From: Octopus bimaculoides
Lineage: Eukaryota
Direction of reading: 5' to 3'
Assembly (NCBI RefSeq): GCF_001194135.2
Contig: NC_068984.1
Coordinates: forward strand, 45,419,128-45,483,127
DNA length: 64,000 nucleotides
Shown: in pieces, positions 56,153-64,000 of the stretch
How positions within the stretch are numbered: the stretch's first letter is position 1
How the letters are laid out: every line of letters begins with the position of its first letter
Position numbers and translations under genes: made by a program
Notes under the pieces: generated by a model
The model's input: only the letters and a program-made list of their open reading frames with translations
Told to the model about the DNA's origin: nothing
Databases searched by the model: none

Positions 56153-57492
56153 TTGTGTTTGTCCCCCTAGCATTGCTTGACAACCGATGCTGGTGTGTTT
56201 ATGTCCCCGTCACTTAGCAGTTCGGCAAAAGTGACTGATAGAATAAGTACTAGGCTTACAAAGAATACGTCCCAGGGGTCGATTTGCTCGACTAAAGGCG
56301 GTGCTCCAGCATGGCCGCAGTCAAATGACTGAAACAAGTAAAAGAGTGAAGAGAAAAGAGTACTAAAAACAAAAAGAAAAAAAAAGAAAATTTTGGATGT
56401 ATGCACATTGCAATGAAAATGAGAGCTTCTATATCTGTGTCCTGTATCCAATATGGTCGAGTGGATCTAGCCAAACTATTTAAAGGAAAACAAATAACAA
56501 ATGTAAGCTGATGAGTGTATGTAAAAGAATAAAACAAGACAAATCTTACTTGGAGCGAGCTGCAAATCTCTGGGCAGCATAGACTGCTGCATCCACTTCA
56601 ATAGCATCATGGGAATCAAGACTAACCACTATGCTGTGATGCACTGTAGTTTTCTCAGTGATGATACTGGCAACACTTCCAAGTGTTCTATAAAAGGACC
56701 AAGATATATTTATCCAAAATCATGATAGTCACAATGACAATGGCAAACCCCATAACATGTTTGAAAAAATAAAAAGTGGAAGTGCTAACACACAATACAA
56801 AAACTTTCGGATCTATTTTAAAACGGGGGCCACATTTTTCATTAATGTTTTACGTAGTGTTTTTGGTACGGAAAGACTTTCAAACTTCGTATACTTATCT
56901 ATTTTGTGTTATAGAACAAAAAAATATTTTTGTATTCGAATTTATTTCATGTAAAAAATTGTCTTATTTCGATAAGTATTCAGTTGTTTACATTTACTCC
57001 TTTGGCTGATTAAGCGATGTAAAGCGTATTTAATCTCCATACCTTCGTTTTATTTGCTTTTTTCATTTTAAATTTGCTTTAACCCTAACCCTATGGTTAG
57101 GGTTAATTGTTTCNNNNNNNNNNNNNNNNNNNNNNNNNNNNNNNNNNNNNNNNNNNNNNNNNNNNNNNNNNNNNNNNNNNNNNNNNNAGTGATTGGTTGA
57201 AATTACAGAAATACGACAACTTTAACATGGAATAAATGGATTTCTTTTTTTTTTAAGAAGACTAAGAGAAAAAGATGTTTTATATGACACATTCTACCAG
57301 TGTTCCAAGTTTCAAAGTGTTTCGTTAATGAAAAATGTGGCCCCCGTTTTAAAAAAGATCCAAACTTTCTCCCAAAAGGTTTGTGCCATTCTGTTTTTTT
57401 TGTAAAGATACAATTAATTTTTATTTCAAGAGAAAATTCTTCAAATATTACGACTGTATCAAGAGCATCTCGCAAAAACTTCTGTATGTATG

Positions 57493-57529
<37 letters not shown>

Positions 57530-60500
57530 GTGTGTGTGTGTGTGTGTGTACAACTATATAGCAGTCAATTTCAATTACTGATTTCTTTATTGGACTTCCT
57601 TGGAGTAATACCCTTTTCTCCCATGCATTCTCTCCATTCAACAGTCTCTTGTAATATTTCTAAGCCCTTCTTCTTGGCACCTGCAAGTTCAAATGCACTG
57701 CTATCTTTCTGTACATATAGCTTTGCAATCCAGAACACCTGATCCTTCCCTAGTAAAAGGGTAAAGATCCTCTTCAGTCATGAATGACCATGAGATTGCA
57801 CTTGGAAAGTTTCCTTCCAAGGCACAAGTCCGGGAAAAGTTGTTTATGGAAGACCAGCAGTCGCCCATGCATACCAGGCTCCCTGAGCCGTACCACCAAT
57901 GTTATCCAACAGAAAGGCAAAGGCCAATACAGCTTGGTACCTGTGACATCACAACTCATTTCTACAGCTGAGTGAACTGGAGCAATATGAAATAGTGTCT
58001 TGCTCAAAGCCTAGTTTGGGAATCGAACCCACTACCTAATGGTTGAGAGCTCATTCTCCCATAGTAAAATACTGGCAAACCTCTTACTTTCAGCACTATG
58101 TACACCTGATGTCTTTCCTTTCAGAAACTCAAAATTGTTCCTTGTCTCCCACCGTCATTTCTTCCAATCTTTCCAGATCTGTCTCTAGACTTTTATGGCT
58201 TTGTATACACTACTATTCCACTACTATGTTACGTTCTATGTAGCTGGAACCTGGCTCTAGCCACAAATCTTGTCTGAGCTTTGCAACAGGTTTTCTGATA
58301 GAAACAGTTGTTCTCTATGCTTTAAGTCTCTAACTTTTCCTCCATTCTGTCATATGTATCAACTGGTACTTCTTTGAGTCATCATCTGGTGACAAAGGAA
58401 TTAATTACAACTGAAGAAAATTAAACCAGAGAAAGATTTATGTAATCAATGACTCCTAAACTCAAGCATTCTAGACATACTTGCTGTAATACTTTTTAAG
58501 ACAATAGTTAGATCTTAGCATGACATGATCATCACAATAAATGCTACTTCTCACAAATCATTGACAATCTCACTTGGAAATCTCAACGTCAGCATATAAA
58601 CTACTTCCCAAAGACTAGCCTTTCTCTTCTGAGACAACAAATACTTCAGCTTCAAAGAAATGTTAAATTTTAGGAAAGTACTTTGAGCATCATTGTATTA
58701 AATGCTTATAACAGTTGTTGTTGCACTCTACATTAGTCAAATTTCTGTTAACACCCAACACCAGAGTCACACTTCTGTTAATATGTAACAATACAGTCAC
58801 ACTTCTGTTAACATCCAACGTTGCACATCTGGGACAGCACTGTTGTTACACACAAAATCTTTACAGATCACACCTAACAGAAAGCCATTTCAATGAATGA
58901 TTATCAAGGACCCACACATCAACCTACTCCAATGCCTGACCTACAGGCATGCTGTCCCATCATTCTGTTTTATCTGTTGTTGTTGGAACTCCGTCGCTTA
59001 CGACGTCGAGGGTTCCAGTTGATCTGATCAACGGAACAGCCTGCTCGGGAAATTAACGTGCAAGTGGCTGAGCACTCCACAGACACATGTACCCTTAATG
59101 TAGTTCTCGGGGATATTCAGCATGACAGTGTGACAAGGCTGACCCTTTGAATTACAGGCACAACAGAAACAGGAAGTAAGAGTGAGAGAAAGTTGTGGTG
59201 AAAGAGTACAGCAGGGTTCGTCACCATCCCCCGCCGGAGCCTCGTGGAGCTTTTAGGTGTTTTCGCTCAATAAACACTCACAACGCCCAGTCTGGGAATC
59301 GAAACTGCGATCCTATGATCGCGAGTCCGCTGCCCTAACCACTGGGCCATTGCACCTCCACTGTTTTATCTACCACTACTACAACAGCTTTTACTCTTCA
59401 GTGTTAGCTATTTGCATACCAACACTGAAAATATCTAAACTCATCTCACACATTCATCTATTTACCTCTCTTCATCCATGGTAATTCTCATCTCAGTCAT
59501 CTCCTCAACCAACAAGCTCTATCCATTCTCCCACAAGAAAATCAAACTTCTGGAAATCCCTCACTCCCAAATTTTCCCAAAAATTATCAATATGCAGATG
59601 TTCAAGCAGAACATCAACAACATTAATCCGACCATTCTCAAAGAATTTATTCAAATAACAGGTAGTCTCACAGTCGCTAACCTCTCATTAACACCATTAG
59701 ATAAAACATGGCTATAGTTTGCATGTCATTGTTGTTTCACTGTTTATGAATTCATGATACAAGTTTATTTGACTAATAGCTTTACTATGAAGCACTTCCT
59801 ACAGTAAGCATTAAAGAGAAGCCTGTAGTTGTAAGCATAATTACTTACCGCAATGTAATGGCACGAGCAATTGGATCATTGCTGTGTATAACAGAAAATA
59901 TGCGCCGTATGAAGTCATCAACATTGAGTACTTTGTCCAGGTGTTTCTCAGCCTGCTGTGTCACACGGAGGATGCATAACCGAATGAAATTGCTCCTAAA
60001 AATGAACAAATGCAAACACATTAGTTTTGTAAAAATTATGATGTGACAAGTGACTGTTTTCAGACCTTCAGGCTGACTGATGTGTTGAGAGTGAAATGAG
60101 TAGGCAAAAACGTGTGGATGCCCATAGCATATATAGATGTGTGCACATGCAAAAGTCTCTTTTGATCTGTGTTTTGACATGTGTTAAAAATTTGTTTTAA
60201 ATGCCTTTTTATAAATGGTGTCGATGTTTACACCTACTGTGAAAACAGGTTTGTCAAGCAAAAGACCAAGAGAATAAATACTTCCAGTGGAAATCAAGAA
60301 GGGCATCCAATCACAAAATACTATACTACCCAACAAGTCTTGTCTAATCCATGCCAGCATGGAAGAAGCAAACCCAGGTATATGATGATGAAACTGTGAT
60401 GTGAAAAGACTGAGATGATCCATATTAAACAAAATCTTTGGCTTTACTTTGCTTTAGTGGAAATAAATCATAAGTAAATGACCTCTTGTCTATCTCGAAA

Positions 60501-63476
60501 TGTGGACAAATCTTAGCTAAAAGGCTAAACAGTAACAACTCAAACATTCAGAAGAGTTGAAAGCTTTTAATCAACAACTTTTCATTTGTTTCATCTGATT
60601 AGGAACTATTATGGCCCACCCACTACACTCTGTGGAGTGGCTGGCATTAGGAAGGACATCCAGCTGTAGAACCAACCCAAAACAAACTATGGAACCAGGT
60701 GAGGCCCCTGGCCTTGCTGGTTCCATAGATGTCAGCCATCCAACCCATGCCAGCATGTTGATGATGGTGATGATTAACTCCAAAATTTCACCATTAGTAT
60801 TTTCTGTCATAGGATGGATAGGCTAGTAAAAGATATCGTTTTAATGTTTAACCTCTTTTTCTATCTTTCTACACACTGTGTATTTAGGATGACATTATTT
60901 AGTTTACCTTCGTCTTCTTTAAGATGGTAGGGTGTCATTTGTAGAAAGTTGGACATATTGTTTAGCAAGTCAAACAACCACATAGAGAGTTTCTTTATTG
61001 GTTAATCCAATGTCCGTTTTCTACAGAAATCCACACACACCGTCATCCTCATCATTTAACATCTGCTTTCTATGCTGGCATGGGTTGGACGGCTTGACTG
61101 GAACTGATAAGACAGAGAGCTGCACCAAGTTCCAGTCTAACTTGACATGGTTTCTACAGCTGGATGCCCTTCCTCATGCAGCCACACCAAGAGTGTAATA
61201 GGTGCTTTTTATGTGTCATCACCATGGGTGCTAGTTACATGACACTGACATCAGCCACAATTATGACTTCACTTGGCTTGACGAATCTTCTCAGGCATGG
61301 CATATCACCAACAGTCTTGGTTACTTATAAACCTCACTGAAGCCCATGGTTTGAAGGGTGCTTTTTACATGCCATCAGCACGGGTGCCAGTTATATGACA
61401 CCAGCATCAGCCATGACCATGATAGATTGTGTATCATTATCATCATCATTTTCAAGACTACTTTTCCATGCTTTGATGGGTTAGTTGGGATTCACTGAAA
61501 CCATTTTCTATGGCCAAATGCTCTTTCTGTCTCCAATTCTCTCCTGTTTACAAGTAAGATAATATTTTCCTCTACACGTTTTCACAGGAGACTGCAAACA
61601 GACAACATTGCTTATATGACAGTGATGTTCATGTACATTTAGCCAGCAATGTTAAGGACAAGGTGACAGAAATACATACACATATACTTTATTAGTAGAA
61701 AAAAGCCTCAGGGAGAGCTCATCCATTTCCTAGATCCTAGACTGGAATCAGACTTCCAAGGGGTACTTGCATACGAGTTCCAGATGCACTGGGGAGTTGG
61801 GTATGTTGGGTGTCATGCATTATAGTTTGTATGGATGTGTGAATGCATGAACAAAGATAATTTTGGTCTGATGAGGTACTTTCAGTAATGATAGGTTCCA
61901 GTGCCGGTATGTGTGTGAGGAAAGTCATGAGAAGGAACCATAAATATATAAATGTACAAAAAAGAAGAGATAAGAAGCTATTAAACATGGAATCCATATT
62001 ACACTCACAAAAGACATATTATCCTCTGTCATTTGTCTTCTTAACCAGAGTTGATCTGGAGCTGTCAACAAAAATATTACATTGAGCAAGTGAGTCTTCA
62101 TGCAATCTCTTGAACCGCTTGTAATAGCAACCAAATTTCAATTCACATATAATCATCTCAAAAAAGAAGGACACATAGAGTAATTCAATTCTAGATACGT
62201 TATGTATAAACAGGTTAGGATTATTACAAATTACAAACAGGGCACCTTTGTTAACAGATCTGCTTAGTAAGAACAGACTTAGAGCTAAGCAACAAAATAG
62301 CTCCTTAAGCTGACTGCTATATTTAGCTCAAACTCTGAGCTGTCTTGCCATCCACCTTTAATAGATCTGAGGATCCATTCTTTCTATCTCTGCCACAATC
62401 ACCAAATGAGACTTCTCGCAACAGATGCAACATGCTATGAATAGCCGAACTTCGTCTCTTAGTCAAGTTAGTGCCGAGAAACATTTAATTAAATAATAAT
62501 ACCCATGTGATGAAGGAAAGAAAACATGAGATCAATGATTAAGATAAGATTAATGTGATCATGACAAGTAGGGGAAACAACTTCGGGTTTGTTTAGGTTT
62601 TATTAGATATCCTCAGCTAAGTATAGCCAACACAAGCTAGTCAAATAAGTGACAACATATTTTACTAAGATAGATTGATAGATAGATAGATATTTTTATA
62701 CAGACACAGTATGTCCATTGAAATTAATATAAACAGAATGTACTGTTCGCAGACTAGACGAACGCATGACTGTACGCAGATGTGAGAATTGTGTGTTGAT
62801 GAAATGCTTGATGAAGTGACTTCTGAAACAGAATCATTTGGTGCTACACAACATAAACAATTTAAAAGAATCGTGTTTTGAGTAATATGCGATGTTTCGT
62901 CTGATTTGAACACAAAAACGCATGGTATACTAACATATTACATAATGTAAAATATTTTGCCAACTCCATCATCCATTTGTAATAAATGACAACAACTCAC
63001 CCTGCTCTGAATACTTCAGCCAATTTCAAAAGAGCTGAATTTACGAGAATCGGGAAGGGATATTTTTCAAACAGCCGCGGAAACCTCACCACAGCCTCAC
63101 ATTGATCTCCGATTTTCTGGGACCTCAAGCCTGAAAAAAAAAAATCAAATAACAATTAAATACGGCAAAACTAACGGTACATTAATATTTCTTGAGAAAC
63201 AATAATTTAAAAACCTAAATAGCTTTTTTTTTTTTCATTTTTTATGAGTATCAATACATATACCGGACGCCGATTTAAGTTAATATTAACAATGTACAAT
63301 AACTTTCGACTGTTTTTATATAAATATGTTACTACAGAAAAAAAAATGCAGTTCAACAATATATATATTAAAAAAATAAAGACACTACCTTTGTCTAACT
63401 CGATCAAGGCAGAGTTAGCATCTTGTTCTTGAGATGAAGTGTTTGTATCGTAAGGACGTGTTCCGTTGTTCGCCAT
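20038..63476 (-). CDS. INTS7: Integrator complex subunit 7, spliced CDS of 20 exons (2904 nt, 967 aa + stop)
   Basis: Exon peptides match INTS7 in order, e.g. EQDANSALIELDKGLRS..GDQCEAVVRFPRLFEKYPFPIL, HSNDPIARAITLR, VASEHFYFWL, PPPAIA, YQSSFDAD, LKVEGVVQHG, EPQNDYFS, WKTGPR. Exon lengths sum to a multiple of 3 and all junction phases agree. Confidence 0.97.
21683..21892 (-). CDS. INTS7: INTS7 exon 19 (LAISPQPHNSTDPV...LKVEGVVQHG...AASGKK)
   Basis: CAG acceptor, GTACTG donor, 210 nt, conserved LKVEGVVQHG. Confidence 0.93.
21990..22332 (+). mobile_element. RTE 3' end copy
   Basis: AAAGCACCCACTACACTCTC...CCAACCCATGCTAGCATGGAAAG...GTTAAACGATGATG. Confidence 0.82.
23232..23572 (-). mobile_element. 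tRNA-derived SINE family E
   Basis: Head GGCTCAGTGGTTAGAGC...GAGTTCAATTTC, tail TTTACCTTTTACC; other copies at about 45437-45725 and 57756-58050. Confidence 0.8.
24786..24884 (-). CDS. INTS7: INTS7 exon 18 (HISFLYNSIKQLIQTSIGYPRYFFQTLQTTQVK)
   Basis: CAG acceptor, GTAAG donor, 99 nt, conserved RYFFQ.LQ.T..K. Confidence 0.96.
25011..25398 (+). mobile_element. tRNA-derived SINE family D, full length
   Basis: A-box TGGCCCAGTGG and B-box-like GGTTTCAATTCC; three highly similar copies in the window. Confidence 0.85.
27200..27356 (-). CDS. INTS7: INTS7 exon 17 (ETLSLDKASSFYVKSPHLCPVSRCFAKVLKTIAQNLNQMVSSNNNNNKLTHQ)
   Basis: TTCTTCAG acceptor, CAG/GTAAGT donor, 157 nt open frame bridging phase 2 to phase 0; sequence is divergent, so assigned mainly by position and phase. 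Confidence 0.8.
27795..28200 (-). mobile_element. SINE family A, full length
   Basis: Same head, microsatellite and tail as 50017-50393. Confidence 0.8.
28834..29384 (+). mobile_element. 5'-truncated RTE LINE: ORF2 C-terminus, tandem-repeat 3' UTR and (ATG)n tail (contains a gap)
   Basis: 28834-28971 encodes PRGRPRKTWAEVVRQDLRTLGPTEAMTTDRDLWKCAVREKTWQAK*; ends GTTAAACGATGATGATG. Defines the most abundant repeat family in the window (roughly 20 further fragments). Confidence 0.85.
30547..30609 (-). CDS. INTS7: INTS7 exon 16 (LYTSSELMKAVINTILTGQT)
   Basis: Preceded by U12 branch TTCCTTAAC and TATAG acceptor; GTAGGT donor; 63 nt, phase 2-2. Confidence 0.88.
30624..30632 (-). promoter_or_regulatory. 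U12-type branch point (TTCCTTAAC)
   Basis: Exact consensus lying 12 nt upstream of the acceptor AG at 30611-30610, with no polypyrimidine tract. Confidence 0.92.
31695..31703 (-). promoter_or_regulatory. U12-type 5' splice site of INTS7 intron 15 (GTATCCTTT)
   Basis: Exact minor-spliceosome donor consensus directly after exon 15. Confidence 0.93.
31704..31807 (-). CDS. INTS7: INTS7 exon 15 (LLKCQNSYSNLSQKFLDLYQSSFDADPASLANMQL)
   Basis: CAG acceptor; ends at U12-type donor GTATCCTTT, phase 2; 104 nt; conserved DLYQ.SFDAD. Confidence 0.95.
31999..32536. mobile_element. hAT-type MITE
   Basis: Perfect 15-bp TIR CAGTGGTTCTCAACC / GGTTGAGAACCACTG; no TSD recognisable. Confidence 0.75.
33049..33243 (-). 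CDS. INTS7: INTS7 exon 14 (AATTQNFRLQFQSEYCTLR...TCPPPAIASAMA...RCGPVISQ)
   Basis: CAG acceptor, GTAAA donor, 195 nt, conserved PPPAIA and RCG. Confidence 0.96.
34963..35240 (-). mobile_element. RTE 3' end copy (tail at left)
   Basis: (CAT)n-CGTTTGACGTCCGCTTTCCATGCTAGC, reverse of the family tail. Confidence 0.82.
35383..35586 (-). CDS. INTS7: INTS7 exon 13 (VASEHFYFWLSGL...IGEALTHYQRGISQLQ)
   Basis: CAG acceptor, GTAAA donor, 204 nt, phase 0-0, invariant VASEHFYFWL. Confidence 0.96.
35660..35845 (+). mobile_element. RTE-related 3' end copy, diverged subfamily
   Basis: AAAAGCACCCAG...GGCATTAGGAAGGGCATCCAGCC...GGACGTTAAACAATAATGATG. Confidence 0.75.
38133..38563 (-). mobile_element. RTE 3' fragment including ORF2 C-terminus
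   Basis: Minus frame SLTEAVTKDQDLWRYAVTEKTWQIK* followed by 3' UTR modules. Confidence 0.75.
38570..39003 (+). mobile_element. RTE 3' UTR copy with tandem ~60-bp units
   Basis: Repeated GAGCGAGATCGTTGCC.GTGCCCCTG.ACTGGCTCTTGTG units, then the family tail. Confidence 0.82.
40165..40350 (-). CDS. INTS7: INTS7 exon 12 (ARLCTLLFLMAHGE...AWQAYRVVRQAMRYQQYHIAVHLLCSIRNK)
   Basis: CAG acceptor, GTAAA donor, 186 nt, conserved W..YR..RQA.R. Confidence 0.95.
40892..41028 (-). CDS. INTS7: INTS7 exon 11 (DVHMALVCDSLAAVGSTNSAALEPILPILMDILSAEQGNIIDPSVK)
   Basis: CAG acceptor (an in-frame alternative AG would start the exon at 41043), GTATTG donor, 137 nt. Confidence 0.85.
41176..41560 (-). mobile_element. 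SINE family D
   Basis: Reverse-complement copy of 25011-25398. Confidence 0.85.
42901..43111 (-). mobile_element. 5'-truncated RTE 3' end with 16-bp TSD, inserted in a TTAA MITE
   Basis: ATTAATTCAAAACAAT at 42885-42900 and 43112-43127. Confidence 0.88.
43520..43925. repeat. GAT/GGT low-complexity tract
   Basis: Degenerate trinucleotide repeats; explains the His-rich ORFs. Confidence 0.85.
43912..44330 (-). mobile_element. RTE 3' end copy with tandem units
   Basis: (CAT)n tail at left, repeated GGCAC..GAGCCAGTC..GCACTGGCAA modules. Confidence 0.8.
44443..44448 (-). promoter_or_regulatory. GC-type 5' splice site of INTS7 intron 10 (CAG/GCAGGT)
   Basis: Only strong donor context giving the required phase 1. 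Confidence 0.72.
44449..44545 (-). CDS. INTS7: INTS7 exon 10 (LSLKCAVKMCSKFPELCIDFVDTMANLLQSNT), GC donor
   Basis: CAG acceptor; frame continuity with exon 11 needs a phase-1 end at CAG/GCAGGT; 97 nt. Confidence 0.82.
45029..45240. mobile_element. Tc1/mariner MITE with an internal tandem duplication
   Basis: TA on both flanks; perfect 26-bp TIR CAGGGTGTCCACAAAGTCTGGGTACA; interior is two ~85-bp units. Confidence 0.9.
45912..46018 (-). CDS. INTS7: INTS7 exon 9 (EQNNMDLRDDVKAAAQTLILLSSMNSSQQSQVALK)
   Basis: CAG acceptor after poly-T, GTAGG donor, 107 nt, phase fits both neighbours. Confidence 0.87.
46500..47200 (-). mobile_element. RTE-clade LINE ORF2 fragment (end of endonuclease plus linker), INTS7 intron 8
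   Basis: VLRGADCDTGHKMV, DWFDSND..I..LL..KR, PLKSKDG.....KWREHF, with a frameshift. Confidence 0.88.
47755..47862 (-). CDS. INTS7: INTS7 exon 8 (DSALLKVCQEYSYHENVSVAAKTVQLMTHLATHSGS)
   Basis: TAG acceptor, GTAAG donor, 108 nt, phase 1-1, matches the QE..YH.N..AA motif. Confidence 0.9.
47990..48298 (+). mobile_element. RTE 3' fragment with ORF2 C-terminal relic
   Basis: LDLTEAMTNDQDLWQYAMLEKTHQAK* then family tail. Confidence 0.75.
49514..49631 (-). CDS. INTS7: INTS7 exon 7 (VLCRFVLKTPFVTLKEGVLYVLTELSSSISMDLLPFTLK)
   Basis: TTTTTAG acceptor, GTAAG donor, 118 nt, aligns to the LC...TP...LK.G.L.VL..LS segment. Confidence 0.9.
50017..50393 (-). mobile_element. tRNA-derived SINE family A (central TA/TG microsatellite), full length
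   Basis: Head GTGGCTGTGGTAAG...GGTTCCGGGTTCAGTCCC; tail ...TGACTGAAACGAGTAAAAG; other copies at about 29-255, 850-990, 1668-1985 and 15000-15345. Confidence 0.8.
50827..51033. mobile_element. TTAA-flanked MITE (piggyBac-like)
   Basis: TTAACCTTTTAGCATT ... AATGCTGAAGGGTTAA; related copies at about 18020-18240, 36597-36823 and 42732-43178. Confidence 0.7.
51542..51684. repeat. Small foldback with tandem ~16-bp GGACAATTACCC subrepeats
   Basis: Four units at 51542-51605; inverted TAGGGGGTTATTGTCC at 51647-51662. Confidence 0.55.
51990..52420 (-). mobile_element. RTE 3' end copy with tandem units
   Basis: (CAT)n-CGTTTAACGTCTGCTTTCCATGCTAGC and repeated modules. Confidence 0.82.
52537..52776 (-). 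CDS. INTS7: INTS7 exon 6 (ARTVCLLLLKSYPAKRFV...NDPRKTVK...KTPHLWIAENVE)
   Basis: TAG acceptor, GTATTT donor, 240 nt, phase 0-0, conserved NDPRK and KTPHxW. Confidence 0.95.
52867..53021. repeat. Foldback of two RTE 3' ends (arms about 70 bp, 13-nt spacer)
   Basis: 52867-52937 is the reverse complement of 52951-53021 with a few mismatches. Confidence 0.9.
53901..54448. mobile_element. Foldback element (arms about 117 bp) interrupted by the hAT MITE
   Basis: 53901-54017 is complementary to 54049-54103 plus 54387-54448. Confidence 0.85.
54104..54378. mobile_element. hAT-type MITE, 275 bp, with 8-bp TSD
   Basis: TIR CAGGGGTTTTCAAA / TTTGAAAACCCCTG; TSD GTCTAACC at 54096-54103 and 54379-54386. 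Confidence 0.93.
54815..54944 (-). CDS. INTS7: INTS7 exon 5 (LFSASICDRIAQMIEKVETPMELKLQLIPILQHMHHDAETAAK)
   Basis: CAG acceptor, GTAAG donor, 130 nt, conserved LIPILQHMHHD. Confidence 0.96.
55523..56020. other. Assembly gap (others: 1136-1447, 8515-8635, 28973-29054, 39023-39213, 57114-57187)
   Basis: Runs of N. Confidence 1.
56021..56350 (+). mobile_element. SINE family A (5' end lost in gap)
   Basis: TTGGGCAAGTGTCTTCTACTA...(TA)(TG)...CAGTCAAATGACTGAAACAAGTAAAAGAG. Confidence 0.8.
56550..56687 (-). CDS. INTS7: INTS7 exon 4 (TLGSVASIITEKTTVHHSIVVSLDSHDAIEVDAAVYAAQRFAARSK)
   Basis: TAG acceptor, GTAAG donor, 138 nt, conserved SLDSHD.EV.AA motif. Confidence 0.95.
56809..57361. mobile_element. 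Foldback/MITE with 37-bp inverted repeats and telomere-like repeats (contains a gap)
   Basis: GGATCTATTTTAAAACGGGGGCCACATTTTTCATTAA at 56809-56845, inverted with one mismatch at 57325-57361; TAACCCTAACCC and GGTTAGGGTTA at about 57080-57105. Confidence 0.72.
58975..59361 (-). mobile_element. SINE family D
   Basis: Reverse-complement copy with (CAA)n tail. Confidence 0.85.
59849..59995 (-). CDS. INTS7: INTS7 exon 3 (SNFIRLCILRVTQQAEKHLDKVLNVDDFIRRIFSVIHSNDPIARAITLR)
   Basis: TTTAG acceptor, GTAAG donor, 147 nt, phase 2-2. Confidence 0.97.
61020..61420 (-). mobile_element. Degenerate RTE 3' fragment
   Basis: Family tail plus ORF2 C-terminal relic (..GAGAAGATTCGTCAAGCCAAGTGA on the minus strand). 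Confidence 0.65.
63001..63130 (-). CDS. INTS7: INTS7 exon 2 (LRSQKIGDQCEAVVRFPRLFEKYPFPILVNSALLKLAEVFRAG)
   Basis: poly-T/CAG acceptor, GTGAG donor, 130 nt, near-identical to the known INTS7 N-terminus. Confidence 0.97.
63389..63476 (-). CDS. INTS7: INTS7 exon 1 (MANNGTRPYDTNTSSQEQDANSALIELDK-G)
   Basis: ATG in ATCATGG context; conserved DANSALxELDKG; donor GTAGTG, phase 1; 88 nt. Confidence 0.93.
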
Positions 63477-64000
63477 GATGTTTGTATTGGTAAAACAAGT
63501 ACCGCAGTAAATTATCAACCGGCTAAGAACGGTAACTTATGTAATTTGTATGGTAGAATTACTTCCCTTTGAAATTGATTTGTTTAGTAGGTCACACTTA
63601 GTCCGACTTTTATAGATGTGTGCAGTTGACTCCACTATGTTATGGTATCAGCTATATTTTTCATCCTTTTGGTTTATTAAAATAAAGTATTAGTCAAATA
63701 TTGAAACTGATTCATATAATAGAAAACATAATAACTTTATGCCAGTGGTAGAATTTGAACTCAGAAAGCTAAAACTAAATACAGTTAAAGAATCTTTTCT
63801 GACACCAAACGCTTCTGACAACTCAGTATCTTTGATACAATTATTAACAAAAGATTTGGTTGAAATATAATTGAGCAGACTCCAGTCATTGACACTTTTT
63901 TGCTCGAATCTGATAGCACTATTTCTGATCTCTAAAATATAATTCCCTTCCGTTACTTCAAAATAAATCACTGTTACTCAAATAGCTTTAGTAATAGCTG

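Overview
AT-rich, repeat-dense animal DNA with six N-gaps. The SINE and RTE families look like Octopus (cephalopod) repeats; the species is an inference. One protein-coding gene dominates: INTS7 (Integrator complex subunit 7) on the minus strand. I reconstructed it by hand as 20 coding exons from ATG at 63476 to TAG at 20038 (2904 nt, 967 aa), with splice phases consistent throughout. Two introns are non-standard: intron 15 is a minor-spliceosome (U12) intron and intron 10 appears to need a GC donor. The introns hold tRNA-derived SINEs, RTE LINE 3' ends and MITEs, including nested insertions with readable target-site duplications. Downstream of the gene (about 2.9-10 kb) is a cluster of transposon fossils: TTAGGG-containing foldback, Helitron helicase, ISL2EU-like SAP/SWIM element, mariner and Gypsy. 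No second host gene, RNA gene or CRISPR array could be supported. Nearly all other ORF-track entries are repeat or microsatellite artefacts. Repeat boundaries are approximate unless TIRs or TSDs are quoted.
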